64,000 nucleotides of DNA, taken from the IMG/VR virus record IMGVR_UViG_3300050333_000165, positions 39,139 to 103,138 of that record. One strand, 5' to 3'. A model generated the notes under the pieces. It did no database searches, had not been told where the DNA came from, and worked only from the letters and a program-made list of their open reading frames with translations. Below are positions 38,032-47,725 of the stretch, one piece after another. Origin of the DNA: a virus. Lineage: Duplodnaviria; Caudoviricetes. Each line of letters begins with the position of its first letter. Position 1 is the stretch's first letter. Made by a program: the position numbers and the translations under genes.

Positions 38032-38573
38032 TCGGTGCCGGCTTCGGAGTTGTCTGCCTTCTGGATCGTCGGGACGATTCTCGTGATGATCCGATCGACG
38101 ATCTGCTCGTAGTTCGGGATGCCTTCCAACTCGTCCACAACGATCTGGCAAATTTCTTGACCCAGCCGGAGCGCGGCCGTCCGCGAGAGCATTGCACCTG
38201 ACTTTTGCTCCAGCCAGAACGACGACTTCTTGAGATCGGCCAGCGTCTTGAAGAACCTCTCGATTTGTGGGAAAGCCTGGATGAACTCGGCATCCGTATC
38301 GACCATGTTCAATCGCCGTTCAAGCATCCCCACGGCAATCGCCACTTCGTCCCGCAGCGATTTGAGTCCTTCGTGCTCCTCAAGCTGGGCCAGCCGTGTG
38401 CGGTCCTGTGCCTTCGCAAGGAGGTACTGCTTCATGCGTCGGGCGGGCGCGTGACTCTCGCCGCCGCACGCCCGGCAGTAGTCCGATCCCTCCTCGGCGA
38501 CGTTGAGACACTGCCCATCGGGCTTTGCGCCTTTGCAGCGGTGGGGATCGGCCAGATCGGTGACTCGTTGCAC
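38028..38573 (-). CDS. Putative terminase small subunit
   Basis: RC......QC...A..G..YC..CGG Zn knuckle plus helical SLRDEVA region; first gene of the packaging operon; GAGGAG RBS. Confidence 0.55.
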   Translation of the reverse strand: MQRVTDLADPHRCKGAKPDGQCLNVAEEGSDYCRACGGESHAPARRMKQYLLAKAQDRTRLAQLEEHEGLKSLRDEVAIAVGMLERRLNMVDTDAEFIQAFPQIERFFKTLADLKKSSFWLEQKSGAMLSRTAALRLGQEICQIVVDELEGIPNYEQIVDRIITRIVPTIQKADNSEAGTE

Positions 38574-38697
38574 TGCACACTCGCTCCTCACCATATAGAA
38601 GAGTCCCAAAACGCCGGTTTTTTCAGAGATTCCCGCGATTCCAAGGACGCGGCCCTCCAAGTCCGCAGCGAACCGGCAGTCTATCCACTGAAAGACC

Positions 38698-38925
38698 ATG
38701 CGAAGGTTCATCGTCTACTATCGACGCGGCCGAAACCGCTGGCGGCAGTTGCAGCCAGGGGTCCACCACGATCTGTGCGACCGGCCCGAGGTGCAGCGGG
38801 CTATCCGCTACCTGCGAGATGATCCATCGGTAGAAGGAATCGCCGTCCGGCTGGGCGACGACCTGTTCAATCTCATGGCCGCCGCGCCGTGCGACTGCTA
38901 CGAGTTCACCTTCCCCGAGTGCTGA
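38698..38925 (+). CDS. Hypothetical protein
   Basis: Divergent from the packaging operon; GC3-rich. Confidence 0.5.
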   Translation: MRRFIVYYRRGRNRWRQLQPGVHHDLCDRPEVQRAIRYLRDDPSVEGIAVRLGDDLFNLMAAAPCDCYEFTFPEC

Positions 38926-38926
38926 G

Positions 38927-39420
38927 ATGCAGCAACACTTCCACCAAGAGAGACCGCCCACCAAGGCCCTGGCCTCCGGCCCCAAGCCGATCCTGGAAAT
39001 GGTGCAACTGCCGATCTTCCGGGTCCGTTACCGCCGGCTGGAAGAGTACCTGGTGAACGTCTACGGGATGGAGGGCTTCGACTTCCTGTTGGCCTCGGGG
39101 GCGATCCCTGGGCTGGTGCCGGAATATGCGGTCAGGCCGACACTGCCGCCCTCCGAAGACGCCCGGCGGCGGGCCGACGCAATCCGCGCCGGCCGGCGGA
39201 CCCGCGATGTGTTCCTGATTCTCAACGTGCTCTGCCTTGACGGCTTCATCCCGGCCGGCAAGTACATCATCGACACTCGGCCCGAGCCATCACCGACCGA
39301 CCAGTACCGGGCACCGTTGTGGTAGCCCGCGACGCCGGAGTCAAGAGAGTGCGTCGCCTTCCGGCGCGCCGACCATCGCGACAACACGTTTACACGCCTT
39401 GCCGCCGATCTTCGACTCGG
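38927..39420 (+). pseudogene. Hypothetical protein with probable premature stop at 39323-39325
   Basis: Same frame stays coding-like after TAG (PATPESRECVAFRRA...TFTRLAADL). Confidence 0.4.
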
Positions 39421-40059
39421 AGGGCTCCGATCCAGCGGCCTCTTGAGGCGTTCTACGCCGAGCGGCACCACCCGCCAGACTCTCCAGGTGGTCTATGCCG
39501 TGTCCGGCGGCTGGAGCACTCTCGTATCGGGCTGAAAACCACTGGCAACCACAGTCGGGCGCTCGCAGGTGAGCGGCCGGAACCAGGGCCGTGGGCCGGG
39601 GACATCGGCAACAACCCGGCCTGCCAGCGGCCTTGGCCAAGGAATACCCTCAACAACTGTCGCCAGCGGCTCAAGCTGAGGCTGCCCCGGGGAGGCGTGC
39701 TGCTGGCGACCGACATGATGGGGGGCCGTCCCCGAGCGTCCGCACTCGGGATGGTGTGGGCCACTGCGACCCGAGGATGGTGGTGCAGGACAATTCCCGG
39801 CTGCCAGTTGTGGAGATACAGTTGCCCTGATTTCGGACCATCTCACCCGTCGCTACAATAGGGGCTAAGAAAGCCCCTTGAATCTTCTGACCCGTTGCCC
39901 AGGCAGTTGTAGAACCACAGACCCGCAGAATGGCATTGCCGCGAATTACGAACGATTGGAAGTTCACGGCATTGATCGGAATCGAACGCCGCTCGGGGGA
40001 TGTTCCCATTCCGAATCGAACCAAGCGTTCAAGAAGTCTATTGTGCAGGAGCGCGTGAA

Positions 40060-41508
40060 ATGCGATTTGACTGCCTGCCAAAGGCGACGCCGTATGATCC
40101 CGCCGAAGACCCACCGGGTAGCATAGACCCATTGGGCACCGTGGCTGGGGCAGAGCAGTTAGCCGATGTACTGTTCTCGGGAATGACCGCCCGAATGTGG
40201 CGTGCGAGGCATTTGACGTTCACGGCTTTGGCCGCCTTCGTCGCCGAGCAGGCGGCAAATGCTGCCGGTGGGGATGAGGAGTTGCGACTGGAAGCTAGAC
40301 TGGCCCTTGAACGCCTCTTTGTCTCCGCCATCGCACGGCAGGAAAACCACGACGCGGAGTGGCGAAAGGCGGCAAGGCGGCTCCCGGGTATCAGCCTTGC
40401 CCGACGTGCGCTTTCTTCGGGAGATCAACCGCTGGGGAAGCAGACCTTCTTGAAGGGACAAGCGATAAACGGGCCATTCGGCGTAGTGGCGCGGCTGGCT
40501 CGACACCTGGACATCATCGACGACGACAACAGGATCAGTCGCAACGGGCAAGACCTGTTGCTTGTCTGGGCGGCCGAACAGGGCTTGCCTGGCCTGCTCG
40601 ACGAGGGTGGCTCCAGAAGCCCGGGAGCATTGTGGATAAAGAAACTTGCGGTCTACGTGGTAGACTACGCCCGCGATTCCCATTGGCCAGCTTCGGGGTG
40701 GTGGGGTTGGGAAGAACTGGCGGAACGGCTTCGCCCTGACAAGATCGGACTTCGAGAACGGCAATTGCTTCGCCGTCTGCTGGCTGGCGATGAATCCGCC
40801 CTGCGCCGCCGCTGCATGGAACTGTTGGAGAGGAAAGAGGCAGTCGCCGACTACCGTAGTCTTGTGGGTAGCAGCGGGCGCGGCCTTCTGGATCGCCGAA
40901 TCCTGGTCTCGGATGTTCAACCCGTGCTTCAGCCAGAAGCGAACTTGCTGGACAGGTCGATCGACTACACCATTGGCCTTATCGACGCCTACGAAGAGGT
41001 CAGCGGGCAACTGGAATCCGTCATGCGCGGGCTTCTCTGGGCACTGACCCATCGCGGCGGACGCGCCGCCCCAACGGAGCTGCTGTCAGACCCCGCACTC
41101 TCACGTCATCTTGCCGAAGCGAGGAGGAAACTGTATCCAACGACACGGAAACTTCAATCCAGAGTTGGAGAGATGCCACGCCATCCCGACGTTCAGCACG
41201 CGATCAGCATCGACCGTCTCGATCAACTGTTGCAGGATGCGCAATCGGGCCTCGATGGAGAAAAGCAACTCGTTGAACAGGTCATGGAACGACATTGGCG
41301 CGTTCAACAGCAAAAGAAGAAAGGCGTGTGGATCGAGCGAGACCTATCCTACTGGACCTTGATTCCTGGGTTTGGCGACAGCAATGAGAAGCCGTGGGCT
41401 TACGACGGAGAGTATCTCCATCCGTTTCGAGTGACCAATGCCTACAGCTTCCTCGCGGACCTGGGCAGGATACCACGAATCGAGGTGCCTGATGCCGAAG
41501 AAGAATAA
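40060..41508 (+). CDS. Hypothetical protein, first gene of a defence-like cassette (DUF6361-like N-terminus)
   Basis: DPLG.......LAD.LF.G.T....RAR...F; AGGAG RBS; overlaps the next gene. Confidence 0.7.
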   Translation: MRFDCLPKATPYDPAEDPPGSIDPLGTVAGAEQLADVLFSGMTARMWRARHLTFTALAAFVAEQAANAAGGDEELRLEARLALERLFVSAIARQENHDAEWRKAARRLPGISLARRALSSGDQPLGKQTFLKGQAINGPFGVVARLARHLDIIDDDNRISRNGQDLLLVWAAEQGLPGLLDEGGSRSPGALWIKKLAVYVVDYARDSHWPASGWWGWEELAERLRPDKIGLRERQLLRRLLAGDESALRRRCMELLERKEAVADYRSLVGSSGRGLLDRRILVSDVQPVLQPEANLLDRSIDYTIGLIDAYEEVSGQLESVMRGLLWALTHRGGRAAPTELLSDPALSRHLAEARRKLYPTTRKLQSRVGEMPRHPDVQHAISIDRLDQLLQDAQSGLDGEKQLVEQVMERHWRVQQQKKKGVWIERDLSYWTLIPGFGDSNEKPWAYDGEYLHPFRVTNAYSFLADLGRIPRIEVPDAEEE

Positions 41509-43720
41509 CAACAGTGGCATTCCGCCCCTCGCCCACCACTGGATGCCGCCCGAAATGCTGGTTGACTCCGGTATCGGCCAACCCTGGGCATGTATCGCAA
41601 CCACATTTGAGTTCGATGCCGTCTTCTTCGAGACGGAGTTGCTGCCACGCTTTCTGGGGCTGAAGTTCGACCACACGGAAAACGAGCCCTCGTTCCTTGT
41701 CGAGCGTGAAGAAGCATTGGCGTTGGCACGAGTCGGGATTCTGGTGGACCAGAGCCGATTCGATTCGACGCAAAGCACGATGCGCTGGGACCAAATCCCT
41801 GTCCAGGTTCCCGCCGGTATTCTCCACGCGAAAATCACTGTCCTGGCCTGGGAGCGCTTCCTCCGCATCATCGTGGGCTCGGCGAACCTGACGCGCACAG
41901 GTTACCGCCGTAATCGGGAAGTCTTTGCAGCCCTGGATTTCTGGAACGATTCGCAATCCGTCCCATTACGTGTGCTTCGCGACACGCTCGATCTGTTGGC
42001 CCTGACGCTCGCTTGGGGCCGGGTGGCCCCTGCGGCACGCGATCGCACGAGTGAGACGATCGCACTTATTCGCCAAGCGGTGCGGAATTGGACCGCCGCG
42101 CCGGCTGACTTCACGCCACGCGAGCGGCCTCGTGTCACGCTAACGGCTACTCATCCGGGAAGCGAACGACTTTCCGCCCGTTCAACGCTGGCCGAAGTCG
42201 TAGAATCTTGGGGCAACCGCCGGGCAACATCAGTCAGCGTTGTCACACCGTTTGTCGGCCAACATAGATCAGGGGATTCCCGCGACTTGGTGATCGACAA
42301 GTTGATGGAGGTGCCTCGCAGTCTGGAGTGCGAAGGCTGGCTGGTCGTTCCCGAGCTTCCAAAGACCAACGACGAAGAGAAGCCGCACATTCCTATGCCA
42401 AGGATTGTCGGCCAAGCCTGGTCGGCAGCATTTGAGTCGCCACGTGCCGCCTATGTGTTGCCGTTACCCTTGTGTGTCAAAGACAAGGAAGACCGCAACC
42501 GCGACCTCCACAGCAAAGCCATACTGTTGGAGAACGACGACGACTCGTTGATGATGATCGGTTCGAGTAACTTCACCCCACATGGAATGGGCCTCGGTAC
42601 TTATAATGTGGAGGCAAACCTGGTCTTTGAAGACCGAACCGGTGAGAGACGAAATGGGCTGCCACTGAACGCTCGACTCCAACTTCCCCTGGCGTGGGAC
42701 GACGCCGTGGACACCACTGAGGTGGTCTGGCTGGAACCGGCGGAACTACCCGAAGATACCCCTGATCCTGACAAGGTGCTTCCGCCATTTTTCGCCTGGG
42801 CTACCTATTCACAGCAAACGGGCGAGTTGAAACTCAGTCTGGATCGAAGCGAGGCCGAGCCAATGGCATGGTCCGTGAGGCTCCCGGTGTCAGCCGGGGA
42901 TACTGGTCTTGCACTTTTCGGCCGGGATGGCGCGCCGGGAACTTCCGAGACGACAATCCTGTCGCACACGTTTCAAGGAGATGCCCGGGGAGTCAACATC
43001 GTGGCCTTGTTGGTCGAATGGACCGACTCCGAAGGCCAACATCGCCAAGCCAGACTTGGGGTGTGCGTGGAGAGCGTGGAATCGCTTCTGCCGCCGAATG
43101 AGTATCGAAAGCTCGGTGCTGAGGCGATTATCGAGTGCCTAATGAGCGGCAAGTCTCCTTCTCAGTGGTACGACCAGCAGCAGAACTCCGTTGCGCGCGG
43201 GGCAAAGAACGATGCCGCGATCGAGTCATTGCGTGCCGTGGATACGTCAGGCTACCTGCTTTATCGGGTTCGACGGTTTGGACGGGCGATAACCGGAATG
43301 TGCGATCGGATCATTCGCACTGTGCCCCACCCGGCTGCGATACGATACAGGTTACTGAAAGACCCTTTCGGCCCAGTATCGCTTGCGACTACTCTCTCGT
43401 CGGTGGACGCGGGCGAAACGAAAGGCTGGTGTGCGCGACTTGAGACCGAACACAGGGTTTTCCTGCTGACAGAAATCCTGCTGGCTGCCAGCCATCTGCG
43501 CCGGCGGTTCTACAAGGCTACTCGCGGCAAAGACCGCAAACAACTGATGGCGCAATTCGATGAGGCCGAGAGGCAATTGACGGAGGCGCTCGACAAGGAA
43601 TCTCGCTGCGATGGCGACGGATTGCCCACCAATCTGCGCGCTTACGTCGAGGCAGTCCGCAGCCGGACCAGCCAACAGTCATCCGCTCCTACAGGCGGGG
43701 AGGTCGAAGATGCCGGTTGA
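41492..43720 (+). CDS. Phospholipase D/nuclease superfamily protein (two HxK motifs)
   Basis: LHAKI...VGSANLT and LHSKA...IGSSNFT...NVEA. Confidence 0.85.
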   Translation: MPKKNNNSGIPPLAHHWMPPEMLVDSGIGQPWACIATTFEFDAVFFETELLPRFLGLKFDHTENEPSFLVEREEALALARVGILVDQSRFDSTQSTMRWDQIPVQVPAGILHAKITVLAWERFLRIIVGSANLTRTGYRRNREVFAALDFWNDSQSVPLRVLRDTLDLLALTLAWGRVAPAARDRTSETIALIRQAVRNWTAAPADFTPRERPRVTLTATHPGSERLSARSTLAEVVESWGNRRATSVSVVTPFVGQHRSGDSRDLVIDKLMEVPRSLECEGWLVVPELPKTNDEEKPHIPMPRIVGQAWSAAFESPRAAYVLPLPLCVKDKEDRNRDLHSKAILLENDDDSLMMIGSSNFTPHGMGLGTYNVEANLVFEDRTGERRNGLPLNARLQLPLAWDDAVDTTEVVWLEPAELPEDTPDPDKVLPPFFAWATYSQQTGELKLSLDRSEAEPMAWSVRLPVSAGDTGLALFGRDGAPGTSETTILSHTFQGDARGVNIVALLVEWTDSEGQHRQARLGVCVESVESLLPPNEYRKLGAEAIIECLMSGKSPSQWYDQQQNSVARGAKNDAAIESLRAVDTSGYLLYRVRRFGRAITGMCDRIIRTVPHPAAIRYRLLKDPFGPVSLATTLSSVDAGETKGWCARLETEHRVFLLTEILLAASHLRRRFYKATRGKDRKQLMAQFDEAERQLTEALDKESRCDGDGLPTNLRAYVEAVRSRTSQQSSAPTGGEVEDAG

Positions 43721-46673
43721 TTGGCCATTTGCGCATGACAAGTTGAACCTCGGCGGAACGGGAAGACCACGGATTCAATCCGAAGATGCTGACCGTCAGA
43801 CGCTTACGGCGAAAGCGATCCTTAAGGATTTGGCCACGCAACCCGGTATTCTCCTGAGTGATGAAGTCGGGATGGGCAAGACCTACGTGGCTTTGGCTGT
43901 TGCGGCGTCAGTGATCGTGGCGACCGGAGGCAAGCAGGGGCCGGTCGTGATTATGGTTCCCGGTCGCCTACGGGGGAAGTGGCAACGCGAATGGGACCAC
44001 TTCAAACGTCATTGCGCTGTGGGTGCCTCGCTCGACCGGATCAAGGATACTTACGCCCATTCCCCGACTGAGTTCTTCAAGCTGCTTGATGACAACGACC
44101 AGAACCGAAAGCATCTGGTTTTTGTGACGACGGGGTGCTTTTCGGGCGGCCTGGGCGATCCGTGGATCAAACTGGCGATGATTCGCCTTGCGCGAAAACG
44201 CACGAAACTCACCGCCCACCAAAAGGCTCGACTATACCGCTGGGCAACTGAGTTGGTCCGGCTCGTGTCCTGGCGGGACTTGACCGAGGTTGTGGTCAAG
44301 AAGCTGATGAATACCGATCTTAGACGCTGGAAGGATGTCCTTGTTCGGGAGGCACTGCTCGACGAGGAAGACGACGATCCGATCCCAGAGCTTCTGGAAA
44401 AGTGCGAAGGCAAGATCGACTGGATGCCGCTGGTGGAGGTCATTCGACACGCTCTTCCGACACGCACATCGGTGAACATCGGGGAGCGATTGAAGGCGAC
44501 CCGAGGCGAGTTCAACGCTGCGTGCAGGTCAATCTACAACGAATGGCTGCAATACTCCCAATGGTATTCCCCATTGCTGATTCTGGATGAAGCTCATCAC
44601 GCCAAGAACGATCACACTTTGCTGGCGCGACTATTTCGCGAGTCCTCCGATGAGGACGTAGCGCTACTGAGTGAGAAATTTCAACGGATGCTCTTCCTGA
44701 CTGCCACGCCCTTCCAACTGGGGCACCAAGAGCTGATCCGTGTCTTGAACAGCTTTGAGGCGATCCGCTGGAATAGTCCAAAGGCCCCTGCTTCCGGCCT
44801 GGAAGAATTCCATGCCGAAATCAACCGGCTGGAAGGTGCATTGGATGCAAATCGTTTGGCGGGACGGCACTTGGATAGGCTGTGGGGCGCTATCCGGCCC
44901 GAAATGCTCGGAGACAAGGACGTGGAGACTTGGTGGTGCCGCGTACAAGCCTGCCCAGCAGATGATTGGGAGAAACGACTCGTGCAAGCGGTCCATGCGT
45001 GTCGTGAGACCCGGGAAACCGCGCAAGGACTGATCCGTCCGTGGGTGATTCGGCACAATCGGCCAGCCAAATTGCCGGCTGCAAAGGGCCGCGCGGCGCA
45101 GCGCCGCCGTAAACCGATCGCCGGCCGTGGTATATTGCATGACGATGGCGAGACGGTCGGCCCAGACGTTGGCTTGCCGATTGCAAAGGAATCGGTACTC
45201 CCCTTCCTGTTGACCGCACGGGCGCAAGGCGAGCTTGCGCATGTTTCGGGTGCCAGAGCTTTCTTTGCCGAGGGGCTTGCCTCCTCATACGAGGCTTTCC
45301 ACCACACTCGCGAAGCTCGGGGAAAAGCTCGTGACATGGATGATAGGGGGCTGCCAATTCAGAATGATTACGAGGACGAGGACGCTTCCGAAACGGTCGT
45401 GCCGACTGCTTGGTACGAGGAGCAAGTGGCATGTTTGATTCCTTCCCGCACGGCTTTGTCTGGCGAAAGACTGAAGCACCCCAAGGTCGCTGCCACAGTG
45501 CAAAGAGTCGTTGACTTGTGGACGGGTGGTGAGAAGGTACTTGTATTCTGTTTCTACCGGGAAACGTGCAAGGCCCTTTACGAGCACATTCGCGAAGAGG
45601 TTCAGGCCAAGACCATTGCCATCGCGAGAGAGAAACTTGGCGGCGAGTATGCCAATGATGACGCCAAGGTTCAGGACTACCTTACGCGGATTGCGAGGCG
45701 GTTTTCCGAGCCAGACCGGCCGTTCTACCGCGAAGTCCGCAACATCCTCTCCGATCCACTTGGCGAATCACAATACCGATGTCTGAAGGCTCATCGGGAA
45801 AGGTTAATCGAGGTCTTGGCAGCGTACTTCCGCGCACCGTCTTTTCTGGCACGTTATCTTCCGCTCGATGACCAGGCCGTGCAACGCGCGTGGGAACTGA
45901 AGGAAGGGCGACGGGAACTTCTTGAGCCGGCCCTAGCTTCGCTCAGGCGAGGTATCCTCGAAAAGACGGACCACTCTAACCAGACCTACATTGAGCGTGT
46001 GAGGCAGTTTCTCGACTTTGCAGTGGAATTGGCAGAACGTGCCGAATGCCACATTGGCGATGGTGCCGACGAGGACGATGAGGCGGTCGATCCTCTCGCG
46101 GTGTGTCTCGAAACGGTGTCGGTCTATTCACGTCCGCGCAAGATCGAGGATTTAGATCGCGATGACGTTGAGATGTCCGGCGATGATGATGGAAGTTACC
46201 GGGTGGTGCCTCTGGTACGCATGGTCCACGGAGACACCAAGCCCGAGACACGTGAACGGCTGGCTTTGGCCTTCAATAGCCCGCTGTTTCCTGAAATCCT
46301 TGTTAGCAGTGCCGTCATGGGTGAAGGAATTGACCTACACCGCTTCTGCCGACATGTGATTCACCACGACGGTTACTGGAATCCCAGCACACTGGAACAG
46401 CAGACAGGCCGCATTGATCGCATTCGCTGCAAAGCAGAAATCTGCACATTACCGATTTTGGTATACCAGCCGTTCTTGGCGGGCAGTGCTGATGAGAAGA
46501 TGTTCCGCGTCGTCCGTGACCGAGAACGGTGGTTTCAGATTGTCATGGGGCAGAAGTTCGAGTTCGATGAAGGCAGCAGCGAGGCCATTGCGGCGCGAGT
46601 GCCTCTGCCAGAAGGACTCGCTAAGGAATTGACCTTTGACTTGGCTCGCTGGAAGGCAACAGGAGATCATTGA
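43710..46673 (+). CDS. SNF2-related DEAH helicase
   Basis: SDEVGMGKT, ILDEAHH, LTATPFQ, KVLVFC, GEGIDLH, WNPSTLEQQTGRIDR. Confidence 0.92.
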   Translation: MPVDWPFAHDKLNLGGTGRPRIQSEDADRQTLTAKAILKDLATQPGILLSDEVGMGKTYVALAVAASVIVATGGKQGPVVIMVPGRLRGKWQREWDHFKRHCAVGASLDRIKDTYAHSPTEFFKLLDDNDQNRKHLVFVTTGCFSGGLGDPWIKLAMIRLARKRTKLTAHQKARLYRWATELVRLVSWRDLTEVVVKKLMNTDLRRWKDVLVREALLDEEDDDPIPELLEKCEGKIDWMPLVEVIRHALPTRTSVNIGERLKATRGEFNAACRSIYNEWLQYSQWYSPLLILDEAHHAKNDHTLLARLFRESSDEDVALLSEKFQRMLFLTATPFQLGHQELIRVLNSFEAIRWNSPKAPASGLEEFHAEINRLEGALDANRLAGRHLDRLWGAIRPEMLGDKDVETWWCRVQACPADDWEKRLVQAVHACRETRETAQGLIRPWVIRHNRPAKLPAAKGRAAQRRRKPIAGRGILHDDGETVGPDVGLPIAKESVLPFLLTARAQGELAHVSGARAFFAEGLASSYEAFHHTREARGKARDMDDRGLPIQNDYEDEDASETVVPTAWYEEQVACLIPSRTALSGERLKHPKVAATVQRVVDLWTGGEKVLVFCFYRETCKALYEHIREEVQAKTIAIAREKLGGEYANDDAKVQDYLTRIARRFSEPDRPFYREVRNILSDPLGESQYRCLKAHRERLIEVLAAYFRAPSFLARYLPLDDQAVQRAWELKEGRRELLEPALASLRRGILEKTDHSNQTYIERVRQFLDFAVELAERAECHIGDGADEDDEAVDPLAVCLETVSVYSRPRKIEDLDRDDVEMSGDDDGSYRVVPLVRMVHGDTKPETRERLALAFNSPLFPEILVSSAVMGEGIDLHRFCRHVIHHDGYWNPSTLEQQTGRIDRIRCKAEICTLPILVYQPFLAGSADEKMFRVVRDRERWFQIVMGQKFEFDEGSSEAIAARVPLPEGLAKELTFDLARWKATGDH

Positions 46674-46861
46674 ACTTGTGACCGTGTGGGCTCGGGGCCA
46701 CCTTGGTCCCGACTGCGGCTGGCCATACGGCCACAAGCAGCCCGCAGGTGGCGGGCGGACCAGCCGGCGACGGGGCCGCCGGTGTCGTTCCATGCTTCGT
46801 CGAGACTTACGAGAACGACACCGACATCGGCCGCCGCGATTGCCTCGCCAACCGGCTGGCG

Positions 46862-47215
46862 CTAGCGTTTCTTCTTGCCGGCGCTCTCGGCGGCCGTGCG
46901 CATCTCGGCTTGCACGGCCCGCGTGTCGGCGATGATGGCAGTCATTGCCTCGCACCAGGTTTGGGCGTCAAGCAGCCGCAAGGGACTCTGCATCGAGGCG
47001 GCGGGAAACGTGATACGGACCTCGCAGCCGCGACCAGGCTTGTGATGGCCGACCTCGGAGCGAATCACCATTGCCTGATTCTCGGTCCCTTGGAAGGGAA
47101 AGGCCGTCAAGCGAACGCCCCAATCGAACGCCTCGCGCTCGATCATCTTCCTTTCCTCCGCGGCAGCCACGGACTTTCCCTTTCTCGTCGGACTTGTTCG
47201 TTTCTTGGCGGTCAT
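46862..47215 (-). CDS. Hypothetical protein
   Basis: GGAG RBS; coding-like bias. Confidence 0.55.
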   Translation of the reverse strand: MTAKKRTSPTRKGKSVAAAEERKMIEREAFDWGVRLTAFPFQGTENQAMVIRSEVGHHKPGRGCEVRITFPAASMQSPLRLLDAQTWCEAMTAIIADTRAVQAEMRTAAESAGKKKR

Positions 47216-47333
47216 TCCATCTCCACGTCAGTGAGGCACGGCGGCTGGCGCGACAACACGGATCGACGCGCTGATACGCCGCCAACATGCACGCCGGAGC
47301 AAGGACACAGAAGACTAACCCGGCAATTCTACC

Positions 47334-47621
47334 TCAGTATTCGTCGGGCAGCAAGATGCAGGTCGAGGCGCGGTCGGCTTCCGTAATCACCCATACTTTC
47401 ACTCCCTTTGACGTTCGATAGACGCTGAAAATGCGGGCACCGTCCTTGAGCGCCTGTTCGTTCGCGCCTTTGTCGCCGGGATGGATTTCGCCCCAGTCAC
47501 CATGCGCGTGCCGGGTGAGGAAATCGGCCGGCACCTGACCGGCCTCTTCCAAAGCCGCCAAGGCTCCCGGTGTTGCCACACATTGGCCGAGAGAGAACAA
47601 GGGGCGCACGCGATCTACCAC
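47334..47621 (-). CDS. Conserved plasmid/ICE-type small protein
   Basis: LG..VATPGA...L.RH..GDWG...N..AL..G.RI.S.Y...WVITEADR.ST.ILLP.EY family pattern. Confidence 0.75.
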   Translation of the reverse strand: MVDRVRPLFSLGQCVATPGALAALEEAGQVPADFLTRHAHGDWGEIHPGDKGANEQALKDGARIFSVYRTSKGVKVWVITEADRASTCILLPDEY

Positions 47622-47725
47622 TGGAAATCCTTCCTTATTGTCTGAAAGAGGCGTCGGGCGGGGTTTGCACCCACACGTTGCGTCCCTTGTCGGGCCGTCT
47701 CAGCAGTTGGACTACCGACGCCGGG

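Noticed and set aside
40060-46673. DISARM or a restriction-modification system
   Set aside because: No linked MTase, DUF1998 or second helicase in the cassette
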